Shown: positions 63,777 through 64,000 of the stretch, piece by piece
Layout: each line of letters starts with the position of its first letter
Position numbering within the stretch: the first letter of the stretch is position 1
DNA from: a virus
IMG/VR virus record: IMGVR_UViG_3300045988_118801
Location: 17,384 to 81,383 of that record
Strand: one strand, 5' to 3'
Length of the DNA stretch: 64,000 nt
The notes under the pieces: generated by a model
What the model was told of the DNA's origin: nothing
Databases searched by the model: none
Seen by the model: the letters and a program-made list of their open reading frames with translations, nothing else
Translations under genes and position numbers: made by a program

Positions 63777-64000
63777 TTATCCTGCTGTATAAGTACCAGT
63801 AATTGCAGCGGTAGATTCATCATCCAAATGAGCCGTTCCGGTAATATTGCTTCCCGTAATGGTTAGTTCGATAGAAGTGATTTTTGCTCCCGTATCTCCT
63901 TTCGGACCAGCCGCTCCTGCTGGACCTTGCGCTCCCGTATCTCCTTTCGGACCAGCCGCTCCTGCTGGACCTTGCGCTCCCGTATCTCCTTTCGGACCAG
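63777..64000 (-). CDS. C-terminal part of a collagen-like (G-X-Y) fibre protein; 5' end lies outside the window
   Basis: The reverse strand reads ...[73 protein letters not shown], with the stop at 63779-63777. Confidence 0.7.
   Translation of the reverse strand, partial: GPKGDTGAQGPAGAAGPKGDTGAQGPAGAAGPKGDTGAKITSIELTITGSNITGTAHLDDESTAAITGTYTAG
63886..64000. repeat. Perfect 45-nt tandem repeat (2.5 copies visible, continues past the window edge)
   Basis: The unit GCTCCCGTATCTCCTTTCGGACCAGCCGCTCCTGCTGGACCTTGC occurs at 63886-63930 and 63931-63975, with a partial copy at 63976-64000. Confidence 0.9.

Noticed and set aside
1-64000. Genome-wide stop-codon reassignment (TAG to Gln or TGA to Trp, as in some gut phages) as an explanation for the in-frame stops.
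   Set aside because: TAA, TAG and TGA all terminate well-supported, tightly packed genes, often with the next start within 0-20 nt or overlapping. The 2588-codon fibre ORF and other long ORFs are intact in the standard code. In-frame stops of all three kinds occur alongside frameshifts, and no suppressor-type anticodon was seen. Local mutation, read-through or sequencing error is more parsimonious.
63886-64000. Possible CRISPR-like array because of perfectly repeated units.
   Set aside because: The units are contiguous 45-nt tandem copies without spacers. They lie in frame within a G-X-Y collagen-like coding sequence.

Overview
The window is an AT-rich, tightly packed segment of a large tailed dsDNA phage or prophage. 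No host housekeeping genes are visible. Several intergenic promoters match the Bacteroidota consensus (-33 TTTG, 19-nt spacer, -7 TAnnTTTG), so a Bacteroidota host is likely.

Layout:
- 1-862: 3' end of a coiled-coil structural gene.
- 926-29748: a long, mostly minus-strand early/accessory arm. It carries a Rha regulator, a dCMP deaminase-dUTPase-thioredoxin operon, a recombination module (RuvC-like, MBL-fold nuclease, RecT, SSB, Rad50/SbcC-like ATPase), GNAT, a lytic transglycosylase, a tyrosine recombinase, a serine recombinase and many small ORFs. A plus-strand insert at 2247-5698 encodes Cys/Gly-rich proteins.
- 29749-31317: a 1.57-kb ORF-free divergent control region.
- 31318-49098: a plus-strand arm with methyltransferases, a beta clamp, a Ro60/TROVE gene with an adjacent structured RNA, GIY-YIG and HNH endonucleases, a primase-helicase, a ThyX-like plus DUF1599-like pair and a tRNA-Cys-like gene.
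- 49131-64000: two minus-strand tail-fibre cassettes (a 2588-aa fibre, a BspA-like LRR protein, a collagen-like fibre). They are split by a plus-strand island encoding a PAPS-reductase-like protein and RNase H.

Observations I rate highest:
1. The phage Ro60 gene preceded by a promoter/terminator-bounded RNA that contains a T-loop (Y-RNA-like).
2. A U32-family-like Fe-S protein gene split at a perfect U_UUU_UUU slippery site.
3. A 7-nt insert carrying UAG inside the HxHxDH motif of the MBL gene, flanked by two Ser codons.
4. A tRNA-Cys-like gene with an expanded anticodon loop.
5. A ThyX-like gene with a degenerate catalytic signature, coupled to a DUF1599-like gene.
6. An unusually high number of small genes interrupted by in-frame stops or by homopolymer frameshifts.

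All homology calls come from motif recognition by eye and memory. No searches or folding programs were run.
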